A stretch of 64,000 bases of DNA from IMG/VR virus record IMGVR_UViG_2795386110_000001, positions 26,114-90,113 of that record; one strand, 5' to 3'. The notes below the pieces were generated by a model that saw only the letters and a program-made list of their open reading frames with translations, searched no databases and was not told the origin of the DNA. This document shows, in pieces, positions 47,085 through 57,400 of this stretch. The DNA comes from a virus (Duplodnaviria; Caudoviricetes). Numbering within the stretch: position 1 is the first letter of the stretch; each line of letters begins with the position of its first letter. The translations under genes and the position numbers were made by a program.

Positions 47085-50000
47085 GCCGGCGAGGACGAGG
47101 ACTACGGGTCCGCCCGGATCACGATCACGCTGGACGACAGCGGGATCGTCCGGGACGCACGCGACCTCGGCATCCGCATTCAGCGGGCGCTCGACCGCGC
47201 GACGCGCAACGTCGGCGACCAGATCCGGCGGAACATCCAGCGCGGCCTCAACGCCGCCTCGGTCACCGTCCGAGTCGACCCCGATCTCCGGCGGTTCGAC
47301 GCGCAGCTCCTCAACGGGCTCCGCTCGCTCGACTCGATCAATGTCCCGGTCGCCCCCGACCTGACCGGGTTCGTCGAGCGGATCCGCGCCCTGCTCGCCG
47401 GCGAAGAGGTGAGCATCCGGGTCGTCCCGGACCTGGACGATTTCGACGCGCGGATCCGCGCGCACAACGTCCCCGACGTCACCGTTCACGCGAACGTCGA
47501 CGTCGACAGCGACCGGTTCACCCGGGCGCTCGCCGGGCTTTCCGGCATCGCCGGGCGTACCGGTGCCGCGCTCACGTCCGCGCTGCGGTTCGGCGTCCTC
47601 GGCGTCGCGGCGGCCGGCGCCGCCCAGGGCGTCATCACGCTGACGGCGGCTCTCGCACCGGCCGCCGGGATCGTCGCCGCCTTCCCCGCAGTGCTCGCCG
47701 GGGCCAAGGTGGCGCTGGGTACCCTCCGGCTCGCCGTCCTCGGCGTCAGCGACGCGCTGTCGGCCGCGCTCGCGGGTGACGCGGCGAAGTTCCAGGAGTC
47801 GCTGGAGAAGCTCGCCCCGGCCGCGCAACAGGCCGTCATCGCCGTCCGCGACCTGGCGCCGGAGCTGACGCGGGTCCAGCAGTCCATCCAGCAGGCGTTC
47901 TTCGCCCAGTTCGCCGGTGACGTCAAGGCAGCGATCACCAACCTGCTGCCGCTGCGGACGGAGCTCGCTGGCCTCGCGACCGAGTTCGGGAAGGCCGCCG
48001 ACGAGGGCCTGAAGTTCGCGGCGTCGCAGCAGGCCGTCGGGCCGCTGCGCTCGATCATCCAGGGCACCACGCAGGCCGCCTCCGGGCTGCAAGCCGTCGT
48101 CGCCCCCCTGGCGAAAGGCTTCCTCGACGTCGCCGCGGCGGTCTCGCAGGCCTTCGGGTCGCAAGTCGCCAGCGTCATCGCTCAGGTAGGCGCGCAGGTC
48201 GGGACGTTCCTGTCGGAGTTCGCCGCCTCGGGCCGGGCGGTCGAAGCGGTACGGGGTGCGGTCGGCGTCTTCCAGCAGCTCGGCGCGATCGCCTCGAACG
48301 TCGGGCAGATCCTGTCCAGCGTCTTCTCCGCCGCGAGCGGTGCGGGCGGCGGGCTGCTCAACAACCTCCAGACGATCACGGGGGCGTTCCGTGGCTTCGT
48401 CCAGAGCGCGGCCGGTCAGGAGGCGATCGGGAACGTCTTCAAGACGATCGGGACGGTTGCCGCCCAGCTCGGGCCGATCCTGTCCGCGCTCGTCACACAG
48501 CTCGGGCAGATCGCGCCCGCGCTCGCCCCGGTCTTCTCGACCTTGGGCCCGGCGATCACCGGGGTCATCAACGCGCTCGGGCCCGCCCTGGCGGCGATCG
48601 CCCCCAGTCTTCAGACCGTCGCGTCCGCGCTCGCGGAGGCCTTCGCCGCCATAGGGCCGTCCCTCCGCCCCGTCGGCGAGGCTATCGGCTCCATCGTCCA
48701 GGCGATTGCCCTGCTGCTGCCGCTCGCCGGGCAACTCGTCGCGACGTTGGCGCAGATGCTCGCGCCGGTTCTGCAGAACCTCGCGACGCTGTTCACGCCG
48801 ATCATCCAGGCCCTGGTCGGCGCGCTCATGCCGGTCCTGCCGCAGATCGCCCAGGCGTTCTCGCTGCTGGCTACGGCGATGCAACCGCTCGCGGCCGGCG
48901 TCGGGCAGGCGATAGCTCAGCTCTTCCAGAGCCTCGCCCCGGTCCTGTCGACGCTGGCCGGCGCCCTGGTGCAGGTGGCGACCGCGCTCGTCCCGGTCTA
49001 CCAGGCCCTCGCGGACGCGCTGCTGCCCGTCCTGCCGGCGATCGTTCAGGCTTTCGACGCGATCCTTCAGGCGCTCATGCCGCTGGTCCCATCGCTCGTC
49101 GGGCTCGTCGAAGCGCTGGCGCCGCTGGTGGTGCAGATCCTCCAGCTCCTGGGGCCGGTCTTGCAGATCGCGGTCGCGTTCGCGGGGTGGACCGTGATCA
49201 ACGTCGTCGTCCCGATCATTCAGGGTGTCGTCGGGGCGATCACCGGGCTCGTCTCCATCCTGACGGGAGCCGTCACGTTCATCACGAACCTGCCGACCTT
49301 CATCGTCACCGCGCTCACCACGCTGGGGACGACGATCTCCACGTTCTTCACGACGCTCGTCACCACCGTCACGACGTGGTTCACGACTGGGTTCCAGGCG
49401 GTCGTCGGGTTCTTCACCTCACTGCCCGGCATGATCATGTCGGCGCTGGCCGCGCTGCCAGGGCTGCTCGTCAACCTGTTCGTCCAGGCGGTCGCCGCCG
49501 TCGGTATCGCGCTGCTGACCGCGATCGCCGGGATCGTGTTCATCTTCACCGAGCTGCCCGGCCGCATCCTCACCGCGCTGTCCACGCTCGGGTCGGTGAT
49601 CCTGTCCACGTTCACGTCCGCCTTCAACACGGCACGCGCCGCGATCTCCTCGTTCATCTCCTCGGCGGCCTCATTCTTCGCGCAGCTGCCGGGCCGGATC
49701 GTCAGCGTGCTCGCCGCGCTGCCCGGCCGGCTGGCGTCGGTGTTCCGCTCGGCCGGCTCCAGCGCGCTGTCCGCTGCCCGCTCCGTCGGCTCGTCCATCG
49801 TGTCGTTCTTCTCGGGCCTGCCCGGCCGCATCGTCTCTGCCCTGTCGGGGCTCGGGTCGCGGCTCGCGGGCGTCTTCCGGTCGGCGCTGGGCAGCGTGAC
49901 CGGCGCGGTGAGTTCGATGATCTCCGGGATCGTCAGCATGTTCTCCGGCCTGCCCGGAAGGATTGTCGGCGCTCTCGGCAACATCGGCTCGCGGATCATG

Positions 50001-50321
50001 TCGAGCATCAAGAGCGGCCTCCCTTCGGCCGTACGCAAGTACCTGCCGTTCGCGGAGGGCGGCATCGTGCTCGGGCCGACGCACGCCCTCGTCGGCGAGG
50101 CAGGCCCCGAGGTGATCATCCCGCTGACGAAGCCGAAGCGGGCGCGGCAACTCGCCGCCCAGTCAGGTCTGAGCGAGATGCTCGCCGGTGACGGCTCCGC
50201 CTCGTCCGGCGGCGACAGCGCGGTCACCATCGCGCCCGTGTTCAACATCTCCCAGGTCGGCGACGCCGAGACGACAGCCACCCGGGTCATGCATCGCATG
50301 GCGCTGACGTACAGCATGTGA
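47082..50321 (+). CDS. tape measure protein
   Basis: 1079 aa, Ala/Leu-rich amphipathic repeats, C-terminal FAEGG..GEAGPE..IPL. Confidence 0.93.
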   Translation: MAGEDEDYGSARITITLDDSGIVRDARDLGIRIQRALDRATRNVGDQIRRNIQRGLNAASVTVRVDPDLRRFDAQLLNGLRSLDSINVPVAPDLTGFVERIRALLAGEEVSIRVVPDLDDFDARIRAHNVPDVTVHANVDVDSDRFTRALAGLSGIAGRTGAALTSALRFGVLGVAAAGAAQGVITLTAALAPAAGIVAAFPAVLAGAKVALGTLRLAVLGVSDALSAALAGDAAKFQESLEKLAPAAQQAVIAVRDLAPELTRVQQSIQQAFFAQFAGDVKAAITNLLPLRTELAGLATEFGKAADEGLKFAASQQAVGPLRSIIQGTTQAASGLQAVVAPLAKGFLDVAAAVSQAFGSQVASVIAQVGAQVGTFLSEFAASGRAVEAVRGAVGVFQQLGAIASNVGQILSSVFSAASGAGGGLLNNLQTITGAFRGFVQSAAGQEAIGNVFKTIGTVAAQLGPILSALVTQLGQIAPALAPVFSTLGPAITGVINALGPALAAIAPSLQTVASALAEAFAAIGPSLRPVGEAIGSIVQAIALLLPLAGQLVATLAQMLAPVLQNLATLFTPIIQALVGALMPVLPQIAQAFSLLATAMQPLAAGVGQAIAQLFQSLAPVLSTLAGALVQVATALVPVYQALADALLPVLPAIVQAFDAILQALMPLVPSLVGLVEALAPLVVQILQLLGPVLQIAVAFAGWTVINVVVPIIQGVVGAITGLVSILTGAVTFITNLPTFIVTALTTLGTTISTFFTTLVTTVTTWFTTGFQAVVGFFTSLPGMIMSALAALPGLLVNLFVQAVAAVGIALLTAIAGIVFIFTELPGRILTALSTLGSVILSTFTSAFNTARAAISSFISSAASFFAQLPGRIVSVLAALPGRLASVFRSAGSSALSAARSVGSSIVSFFSGLPGRIVSALSGLGSRLAGVFRSALGSVTGAVSSMISGIVSMFSGLPGRIVGALGNIGSRIMSSIKSGLPSAVRKYLPFAEGGIVLGPTHALVGEAGPEVIIPLTKPKRARQLAAQSGLSEMLAGDGSASSGGDSAVTIAPVFNISQVGDAETTATRVMHRMALTYSM

Positions 50322-50337
50322 CCTGGTGGGGCGGCCG

Positions 50338-50398
50338 TAAGCTGAGGGGCGCCGCTGGTTGTGGGCCGGGCACCTTTCCGAACTAGGGGTGTCACGTG
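50338..50398 (+). promoter_or_regulatory. late promoter and conserved leader, copy 5
   Basis: TAAGCT; GCCGCTGGTTGTGGGCCGGGC; GGCACCTTT/AGGGGTGTC stem. Confidence 0.85.
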
Positions 50399-51736
50399 CT
50401 GACCGACTTCCTCCAGGTAGGCGGTATCGAGGTCATCAACACGGCCCGCCTGCGCGCCTACCTCGAGACCGTCGGTTCCCCGCTGGACTCTGGCTCGGAC
50501 ATCTGCGGCTGCGACAACCTCACCCCGGACGTCCTCGACCAAGACGGCCAGCCGTACACGACACCCGACGACCCGGACAACCCGGCGCCCTGGTACGACC
50601 CTGACGTCCCCGAGAGCGCTGACTTCGCCGGCTTCCTGCCGCTCTCCTTCGACGGGATCGACGACTATCCGGTGAAACGGGCGGTCACGAACGCCGTCAT
50701 CGGCGGCGGCGCGCTCGGCCCCGCCCGGGTGCAGCCGCGCACCATCACCGTGACCGGCATCCTCCTCGGCGCCACCTGCTGCGCGGTGGAGTACGGGCTG
50801 CACTTCCTGGCAGAGGCGTTGCAGGGCTGCACCGGCAGCGCGTGCGGCGGCGACTGCGTGACCATGTTCAACTGCTGTCCCGGCGAAGAGGAGACAGCGC
50901 AGGAGTTCAACGAGCGGCACCGCCGCACCTACCGGCGGGTGGCGCTCGTGGAGGGGCCGACGGTCACGGCCCGGCACGGCGACGGCTCGTGCAGCTCCGG
51001 CCGGTGCTCCATCGGAGCGGACGTCATCACCGTGGAGTTCGTTCTCGTTGCCGCCACCCCGTGGGCGTGGACGGACGAGATCCCGCTGCTGGACGTCCAC
51101 CTGCCGACCGACGACGGCACCGAGTGCATCACGTGGTGTCTGCACACCGGCACTGGAGCATCCGGTGAGTGCGCCGACGGCGGGTGCAGGCTCGCGGGCT
51201 GCCCGGACGTGGCGGCCGCGTGCGCGGATCCGGCGTGCACACCGCCGTCGCCCCCGCAACCGGCCGTGCCCTCTTCCTGCTTCTGCGAGGCGCTCGCCAC
51301 CAACCGGGAGTGCTACGAGCTCGACCTGTCCAACCGTCCCGCGTGGGGCACGGACGTGCCGGTGATCTCGGTCTTCGCCGGGAGCGAGGACCTGCGACGC
51401 CTGACGATCTCCTTCTACGAGCGCGCAGAGCAGGACGGCGACGCGTCGTGCGCGGAGATCGCGGACCGCAAGCGCTGTGATCCGCTGGCAGTGTTCGAGG
51501 TCAGTTTCATCCCCGCAGGGGGGACGCTCCTCCTGGACGGGCAGATCGGCCGCGCCACCGTGGAGTGCGGCGGAGAGTGCGAGACGAGCACCAGTGTGTG
51601 GGGAGCCGACGGCGCCCCGCCCACATGGCCGGCCTTCGACTGCGCCTCGATCTGCGTCTGCCTGGAAACGGACGCGATACACCCGCCCGCCGACGACGCA
51701 CGGCTGACGATCGGGGTCACCGGCCGAGGTTACTGA
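50396..51736 (+). CDS. minor tail protein (distal-tail-like), very Cys-rich
   Basis: Directly after the TMP; E.IN.AR..Y, APWYD..PES..F.G. Confidence 0.75.
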   Translation: MLTDFLQVGGIEVINTARLRAYLETVGSPLDSGSDICGCDNLTPDVLDQDGQPYTTPDDPDNPAPWYDPDVPESADFAGFLPLSFDGIDDYPVKRAVTNAVIGGGALGPARVQPRTITVTGILLGATCCAVEYGLHFLAEALQGCTGSACGGDCVTMFNCCPGEEETAQEFNERHRRTYRRVALVEGPTVTARHGDGSCSSGRCSIGADVITVEFVLVAATPWAWTDEIPLLDVHLPTDDGTECITWCLHTGTGASGECADGGCRLAGCPDVAAACADPACTPPSPPQPAVPSSCFCEALATNRECYELDLSNRPAWGTDVPVISVFAGSEDLRRLTISFYERAEQDGDASCAEIADRKRCDPLAVFEVSFIPAGGTLLLDGQIGRATVECGGECETSTSVWGADGAPPTWPAFDCASICVCLETDAIHPPADDARLTIGVTGRGY

Positions 51737-51936
51737 CTGGCTGAGGAACGCCTCGCTCACAAAGCCGTGCCGCTGCCCGATCCGTCGACAGGGTCGCACG
51801 ACCCTCACGGCCGTGGAGGGGAGGATCTCGTGACGCGCCACTCATGATCACGATACAGCAACGGCACTTCCATGGAAGGTCCACAATCGCCACACTCTTC
51901 ATACTTTCTGTTGATGTTTAGCCGCAGAGGAGTCAA

Positions 51937-52251
51937 GTGGCAATCCGTAAGAGCGTGGAGGAGACCCTGGTCGTCGCTGGAGAACGCGACGAGTGGCTCA
52001 CCCGCTGCGCCAAGGGCCTCATGACCGCCGGATTCAAGGACGTACGGACGAGTACGGTCCTTGGGCAGGTGACTGGCGCATACAAGACGTTTTCGACCAA
52101 TGGCGAGTTGATCATCACCGTGGTGCCGAGTGGACATTCAGGGCACACCCAACTCACGCTCCGCTCGACTGCGGCGGTTGACAACCTCTATGCCTTGTTC
52201 GCCAGCCCGAACAAGAAGATCCTCGCGACCGCGAAGGCTAGCTTCGAATGA
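51937..52251 (+). CDS. hypothetical cargo protein
   Basis: RBS GAGGAG, lower GC. Confidence 0.6.
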   Translation: MAIRKSVEETLVVAGERDEWLTRCAKGLMTAGFKDVRTSTVLGQVTGAYKTFSTNGELIITVVPSGHSGHTQLTLRSTAAVDNLYALFASPNKKILATAKASFE

Positions 52252-52574
52252 GCGCGGCACCGGTTGAACAGTCCCCAACCAAGCTCTGCTCCGCTTGTGG
52301 AACTCTCACGCAAACAGTCAAGACCTTCTGCCCTGAGTGCGGCACCGCATATGGTGAGCCAGGCGGCGGCAGATCGGCAAGCTTCGTCTGGGGCGCCTTT
52401 GCTTGCGCAGCAGTATCCCTGCTCTTCTTTCCCATCGTTCTCGGGCCTCTCGCCATAGTGCTGTCGGTACTCGCAATGAAGCGGAAGGAGTCGCACGCCG
52501 CCCTGGCCCTGGGCCTTTCCGTTGCAGGCATGGTGTTCGGCTTCATCCTCGGCGCCTTGGCCTTCAGTTCCTAG
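52248..52574 (+). CDS. zinc-ribbon plus DUF4190-like membrane protein
   Basis: CSACG..FCPECG; PIVLGPLAIVL; several TM segments. Confidence 0.7.
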   Translation: MSAAPVEQSPTKLCSACGTLTQTVKTFCPECGTAYGEPGGGRSASFVWGAFACAAVSLLFFPIVLGPLAIVLSVLAMKRKESHAALALGLSVAGMVFGFILGALAFSS

Positions 52575-52726
52575 GAATCTGTCGCGAAAGTACTGGGCGC
52601 AGCTATTCGTTGAGGGCTGCGGTAAGTACGGTTGCGTCGTAGCGGATGGCGAGTTTGTCGTGCCTCGCGGCCACGGCCCGGTGCCGCTTGAGGTGAATGA
52701 TCCTGTACTTGGGGGACGGAACGGAC

Positions 52727-53434
52727 ATGGCTGGCAAGAAGGCGATCGTTGGCGTTGTCATTGCGCTGGCGACGGTAGGGGCCTGCATGGCTCACGGGTC
52801 CACCCCCGCCAGCAGCAAGGATCCCGTCAACAGCAAGGGCCCGTCCGCGAGTAAGCACCCGGCCGCAAAAAAGAGACCGAAGGCAAGTGATTCGCCGAGC
52901 ACACCGCCGGCTGGAACCGACTTGCGTTTCAGCGGAGACATTAAGGGAAGCACTCGCGGGGCGCTGAAGGTACTCCACGGCAAGAGCGGGGCCCACTACG
53001 ATTACATCGTGCCCGATGGTGCCACGCAGTGCGTGATGCCCGCTGATGACGGCGCCTGGGAAGCACAGTTCACGGTGCGCATGAACGGCATCGGCTGGGA
53101 GATCTCCATCGGAAATGGCGCCTCCTTCGGTTCTCCGAAGCCAGGCAGGCACTTTGCGGTGTACGACGCCGATACGAACGGCGAGTCGGGCGTGCTGACC
53201 TTCGACATTGCCTCGGACAAGGCTCCAAGTAGCGTCGTGCTTGGTAACGGGATTGGGAAGTTCCAGTACGTCTACTACCTCCCTGAAGATCACAATAAGG
53301 GCAGAGCATTGGTCACGATCGACCACGGACTGACCTCCGGCACTCTGGACGCCTGGCTTGCCCCTTGGGAGCAGGAGAACGACCAGGAGAAGCCGCTGTT
53401 CCACATCACTGGCCGCTGGGCCTGTAACGGTTAA
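52727..53434 (+). CDS. putative lipoprotein
   Basis: MAGKKAIVGVVIALATVGA-C signal/lipobox, Pro/Ser/Lys linker. Confidence 0.65.
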   Translation: MAGKKAIVGVVIALATVGACMAHGSTPASSKDPVNSKGPSASKHPAAKKRPKASDSPSTPPAGTDLRFSGDIKGSTRGALKVLHGKSGAHYDYIVPDGATQCVMPADDGAWEAQFTVRMNGIGWEISIGNGASFGSPKPGRHFAVYDADTNGESGVLTFDIASDKAPSSVVLGNGIGKFQYVYYLPEDHNKGRALVTIDHGLTSGTLDAWLAPWEQENDQEKPLFHITGRWACNG

Positions 53435-53527
53435 GCACCGCGTAGTCCGAGCGTCTTTGCCGGGAGCTGTTTCGGGGCGAGTGATCGCCGCCGTGTAAGC
53501 GGGTCGGGCGGTCTGCGGACCACGCCT

Positions 53528-53588
53528 TAGCCTGGTGTGGCGCCGCTGGTTTTGGGCCGGGCCTCCTTCTCCCACAGGGGGCCCGTTG
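53528..53588 (+). promoter_or_regulatory. late promoter and conserved leader, copy 6
   Basis: TAGCCT; GCCGCTGGTTTTGGGCCGGGC; CGGGCCTCCT/AGGGGGCCCG stem abutting TTG. Confidence 0.85.
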
Positions 53589-54611
53589 TCTTCAGCAGGG
53601 TGTGGCGTCCACTCGGCCTACATCGTTGACCGCGGCGGCTCGGTCGTGACGCCGGCGAACATGCTGGTGTCCGTCGACTGGACGAGGATCTTGGACGACG
53701 TGAGCACGGCGCACGTCGTGGTCATCCCGGACGGCGACTGCTGCGCCCAACTCGGCAACGTCCGCACCTGGCGACACAAGCTGGTCCTCGCCCGCGATGG
53801 TGTCACCGTGTGGGAGGGGCCGATCATCCAAGCCGAGTGGTCCTTCGGGAAGGTGGAGCTGTGGGCCTCCGACATCCTGGTCTGGCTTGACCGGCGAGTC
53901 CCTCACCAGTCGATCGTCTTCGACGGCTCCGACCTCACCGACATCGCGAACTGGCTGATTGAGGACGCGTTCGCGCCGGACGACCCCGGCCACACGGTGG
54001 ACATCCTCAACCCTTCCGGTGTGGAGGGAGGACGGCAGTACACCGAGGACATCGGGCAGACCGGCGATCACCTCCGCGATCTCGCGGACACCGGCCTTGA
54101 CTACACGGCCATCGGCTCCACGATCGTCCTCATGCCGGAGGACTGGGACGCGAGCGTCGGCATGCTGACGGACGTCGACTTTCCCGAGGGCCTGGTCGTC
54201 GCCGAGGACGGCTCCGCCCTCGCGACCCGCTACATCGTGCACGGCGACGACGACAGCGGCGTCAAGGGCGTCTCGGGCGGCACGGACTCCTACTACGGGC
54301 TCCTCGAACGCAGCGTCGAGGAGACCTCGGTGACGACGAACGCCTCGGCGGCATCGGCGGCGCGGTCGAAGCGGGCGGCGGCCTACCCGGTGCCGGTGTT
54401 CCTCAGCTCCGACGAGGTGACCTTGTCGCCGGAGGCCGCGGTGGACGTGGCCAAGCTCGTGCCGGGCTGGTGCGTGGACGTCGCCACCGCGGCGACCTGC
54501 CGGCCACTGCGGCAGCGGCTCAAGATCGGCGGCGTGAAGGTCTCGGAAGACGGCGACGGCGAGAGCGTCCAAGTCACGCTGGCGCCCTTGAGTAGCGATC
54601 TGGGGGACTGA
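53586..54611 (+). CDS. minor tail protein (hub/Tal-like)
   Basis: W.R.LDDVS.A, RDG..VWEGPI, GLDYT.IG, LVPG. Confidence 0.75.
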   Translation: MSSAGCGVHSAYIVDRGGSVVTPANMLVSVDWTRILDDVSTAHVVVIPDGDCCAQLGNVRTWRHKLVLARDGVTVWEGPIIQAEWSFGKVELWASDILVWLDRRVPHQSIVFDGSDLTDIANWLIEDAFAPDDPGHTVDILNPSGVEGGRQYTEDIGQTGDHLRDLADTGLDYTAIGSTIVLMPEDWDASVGMLTDVDFPEGLVVAEDGSALATRYIVHGDDDSGVKGVSGGTDSYYGLLERSVEETSVTTNASAASAARSKRAAAYPVPVFLSSDEVTLSPEAAVDVAKLVPGWCVDVATAATCRPLRQRLKIGGVKVSEDGDGESVQVTLAPLSSDLGD

Positions 54612-55279
54612 TGGCGGCGAGAGGATCCGCGGCACGGCGCACGATGGACAACCCCATGGGCGGCGCCCTGCGCGACCTGAACCGCAAGTCCCGGACGCTG
54701 TCCAGGAAGCCGGGAAGACGCGGGCCCCAGGGGGAGCAGGGCGTACCGGGACCGGAGGGTGAGCGAGGTGTGCCGGGGCCCCGGGGTGAGCCAGGTCCCC
54801 GAGGTGAGCAAGGGGTACCGGGCTCGCTTGGCCCGCCCGGAGAGCGAGGTGTGCCGGGGCCGGCGGGTGTGCCGGGACTGCCTGGCCCGCCTGGTGAGCG
54901 GGGCCCGCAGGGCGAGCAAGGCGTGCCGGGACAAGGTGTGCCCGGTCCGCCTGGTGAGCGGGGCGAGCAGGGGCCGCCCGGACCACGCGGTGCGGCGCCT
55001 GCTGCCGCAGTCATCACGACGGCTGCGGACGGCCGCGTGACCTGGACGTACGCCAAGCCGTTCGCGGCGGCCCCGGTGATCAGTGCGCTACCTGTCGACC
55101 CCAACCCGGGCGATGACCGCGCGGTGACGGTGACCTTGGAACAGGTCACTGTCTCGAGCGCGACGGTCCGCGTGTGGCGGACGCAGCCGCTCCTCGGCTT
55201 GGGCCTGTTGCCGCTGCTGCCTGCCGGGGCCGGGGTGCAGGTGCACGTCACCGCGAGCGGCGAGCCAGCCGATATCTGA
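54611..55279 (+). CDS. collagen-like (Gly-X-Y) fibre protein
   Basis: About 30 GXY triplets. Confidence 0.85.
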   Translation: MAARGSAARRTMDNPMGGALRDLNRKSRTLSRKPGRRGPQGEQGVPGPEGERGVPGPRGEPGPRGEQGVPGSLGPPGERGVPGPAGVPGLPGPPGERGPQGEQGVPGQGVPGPPGERGEQGPPGPRGAAPAAAVITTAADGRVTWTYAKPFAAAPVISALPVDPNPGDDRAVTVTLEQVTVSSATVRVWRTQPLLGLGLLPLLPAGAGVQVHVTASGEPADI

Positions 55280-55287
55280 CTGGCACG

Positions 55288-55357
55288 TACCCTTTCGGTG
55301 CCGCTGGTTTTGGGCCGGGCACCGAGTCGGATTCATGGGGTGATTTCGGGTGGCCCG
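55288..55357 (+). promoter_or_regulatory. late promoter and conserved leader, copy 7
   Basis: TACCCT; GCCGCTGGTTTTGGGCCGGGC; stem pairs with GGGTGGCCCG over GTG 55350. Confidence 0.85.
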
Positions 55358-56069
55358 CGCGTGCGTGTGTGACGACTACTTCACTGTCTCTGAGAGCGGT
55401 GAACTGTGCCTGAAGCCGGGGACGATGGGCCTGCGGCAGATCCTCTACTACAGCACTCCGGGGACGTACACCTTCCGCAAGGCGTCGTATCCGTGGCTCG
55501 CTCGTGTCCGGGTGAAGGTCCAGGGCGCTGGTGGTGGTTCGGCTGGCGCGAACGCGGACAGCGGCGAGGCGATCGCACGGCCGGGCGGGACCGGGGGCGC
55601 CTACGGCGAGTCGCTCATCAACGCGTCGGCGCTCGGCACGAGCGAGACGATCATCGTCGGTGCGGGCGGCGACGCGGGCGGCGCGAGCTCCGACGGCGAT
55701 GACGGCGGCGCGTCGCAGTTCGGCGGCTTCATCAACGCACCTGGCGGGTACGGCGGTACGTCGAACATGCCGTCAGGCACAACCGCGAACACTTCGGCGG
55801 GCATCAACGGGCCGAACGCGGGGACCGGCAACTTCCGTGCCGGTGGTGGCGCCTCGGGCGCCTCGATCCGGTTGACCGGCGGTTTCGCGGTGGCAGGGGA
55901 GGGCGGCGACAGCATGCTCGGCACGGGTGGCCGTGGCCGTACGACAGAGGGTAACGGAGACTCCCCCCGCGGCAGCGGAGGCGGCGCTGGCGGGGGCCTC
56001 TCCTTCGGCGGCGACATCGACGGTGGCACGGGCGGCAACGGCATCGTCATCATCGAGCTCTACGGGTGA
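55350..56069 (+). CDS. glycine-rich tail fibre domain protein
   Basis: PGTYTF..V.VQGAGGG..GG.GGNGIVIIE. Confidence 0.8.
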   Translation: MARACVCDDYFTVSESGELCLKPGTMGLRQILYYSTPGTYTFRKASYPWLARVRVKVQGAGGGSAGANADSGEAIARPGGTGGAYGESLINASALGTSETIIVGAGGDAGGASSDGDDGGASQFGGFINAPGGYGGTSNMPSGTTANTSAGINGPNAGTGNFRAGGGASGASIRLTGGFAVAGEGGDSMLGTGGRGRTTEGNGDSPRGSGGGAGGGLSFGGDIDGGTGGNGIVIIELYG

Positions 56070-56101
56070 TGAGCAGCCGAGGCTGGCACAAGGGGCCCCC
56101 G

Positions 56102-56168
56102 TAGACTGACGTTCAGCCGCTGGTTCTGGGCCGGGCCGGATCACCTCGAAAGGGTGGGCATCTTGGCC
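56102..56168 (+). promoter_or_regulatory. late promoter and conserved leader, copy 8
   Basis: TAGACT; GCCGCTGGTTCTGGGCCGGGC; GGCCGGAT/ATCTTGGCC stem. Confidence 0.85.
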
Positions 56169-57005
56169 AGGTGTCAGTGCGGCGGTGACGGCTGCAACTG
56201 CGTTGTCATCGCCGGTGAGAACGCCGAGGTGACGGGTGCTGGAAGCACCCTGAACCCCTATGTGGTGTCGGCCGTCATCGACTGTGAGGACGTCCGGCCG
56301 TGCCTGTCCGCCGGGGACGGCATCGCCTACGACTCCTCGACGGGCATCATCACAGCCTGCCCATCGGCCGACACGGGCAACAACCTCACGTACGGGTCGG
56401 ACGGCTGCCTGTTCGTGCCCACGGGCGCGGCGACCGTATCCGTCGGCTGCGGCCTCCAGGGCGATGGTTCCGGAAGCGCCCCCGTGGAGACCAACGTTGC
56501 CGCCTGGCCGTTCAGCTGCGGCATCTCGGCGAACGGCGGCGGTGTCTACTGCGACCCGAGCACCGGTCAGCTGAAGACCGACCCGCCGTTTCGGGCCCGC
56601 TACCGCGAGGTGGGTATCAACGACGCGTTCGCCGCGCGCACGGTACCGAGCGCTGAGACGACGGTGGACACGATCAGCGTCAGCCTGGCCAACCCGGACC
56701 CGTGCCGGGCCGCGTTCGTGATCGTGCACCGGACGGTTGATGTGGACTTCAACCTCCCGGCCAACGGAGGCGCGGCAGCGTCAGGCATCAACGGTGACGA
56801 CGTCAACTACATGAGGAACTCCGGCAGCACGGCCATCACGGCATGGCACGGGCAGCACAGCGTGATGCACAACGTCACCATCCCGGCCGGCGGCACTCAG
56901 GCGATCCCCCTGAACATCACGGTCGGGCGGGGTGCCGGTGGCGCCACCTATACCCGCATTCAGGCCACCATCCGAGCCTGGCTGTTCTCCATCCCTCTGA
57001 GCTGA
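56163..57005 (+). CDS. Cys-rich tail fibre/receptor-binding protein (start TTG 56163 or GTG 56154)
   Basis: ARCQCGGDGCNC, G.GS..NPYVVS, GCGL.GDGS. Confidence 0.7.
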   Translation: MARCQCGGDGCNCVVIAGENAEVTGAGSTLNPYVVSAVIDCEDVRPCLSAGDGIAYDSSTGIITACPSADTGNNLTYGSDGCLFVPTGAATVSVGCGLQGDGSGSAPVETNVAAWPFSCGISANGGGVYCDPSTGQLKTDPPFRARYREVGINDAFAARTVPSAETTVDTISVSLANPDPCRAAFVIVHRTVDVDFNLPANGGAAASGINGDDVNYMRNSGSTAITAWHGQHSVMHNVTIPAGGTQAIPLNITVGRGAGGATYTRIQATIRAWLFSIPLS

Positions 57006-57019
57006 TCGGGGCCCGTGCT

Positions 57020-57334
57020 GTGGACGAGACCACGACGACGACGCGCTACTACCAGTTCGATGACGGGCGTCTGCGTGAAGTGACGCTGTTGGACGGTGTG
57101 AGCGTGTCCGTCCCCGACGGCGCGGTCAGGCTTAGCGCCGAGGAGTACGCGGCCGCGCTCGGCGTGATCGAGCAGGAGCGCGCCGCGGCAGAGGCGGCGG
57201 TCCAGGAGGAACAGGAGGCCGAGGCCAGGAGTGCGTACCTTGCGCTCGTCGCGATCCTGCCGGAAGCAGTGGCCCGTCGCCTGTCCGGCTACCAGGGGAC
57301 CGGCGTAGATCCTGTGCAGGTGCTGGAAAGCTAG
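57020..57334 (+). CDS. putative fibre chaperone
   Basis: YYQFDDG..EEY..AY.ALV..LSGY; paralog of 58091-58381. Confidence 0.6.
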   Translation: MDETTTTTRYYQFDDGRLREVTLLDGVSVSVPDGAVRLSAEEYAAALGVIEQERAAAEAAVQEEQEAEARSAYLALVAILPEAVARRLSGYQGTGVDPVQVLES

Positions 57335-57400
57335 ACTCCTGGTAGCCGCTGGTTCTGGGCCGGGCGAGGCGCTCTGATAGGGAGTGGTCCCCTTGGCCTG
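57332..57400 (+). promoter_or_regulatory. late promoter and conserved leader, copy 9
   Basis: TAGACT; GCCGCTGGTTCTGGGCCGGGC; GGGCGAGG pairs with CCTTGGCCT over TTG 57393. Confidence 0.85.

Noticed and set aside
54720-54990. Short nucleotide repeats
   Set aside because: Explained by Gly-X-Y collagen coding
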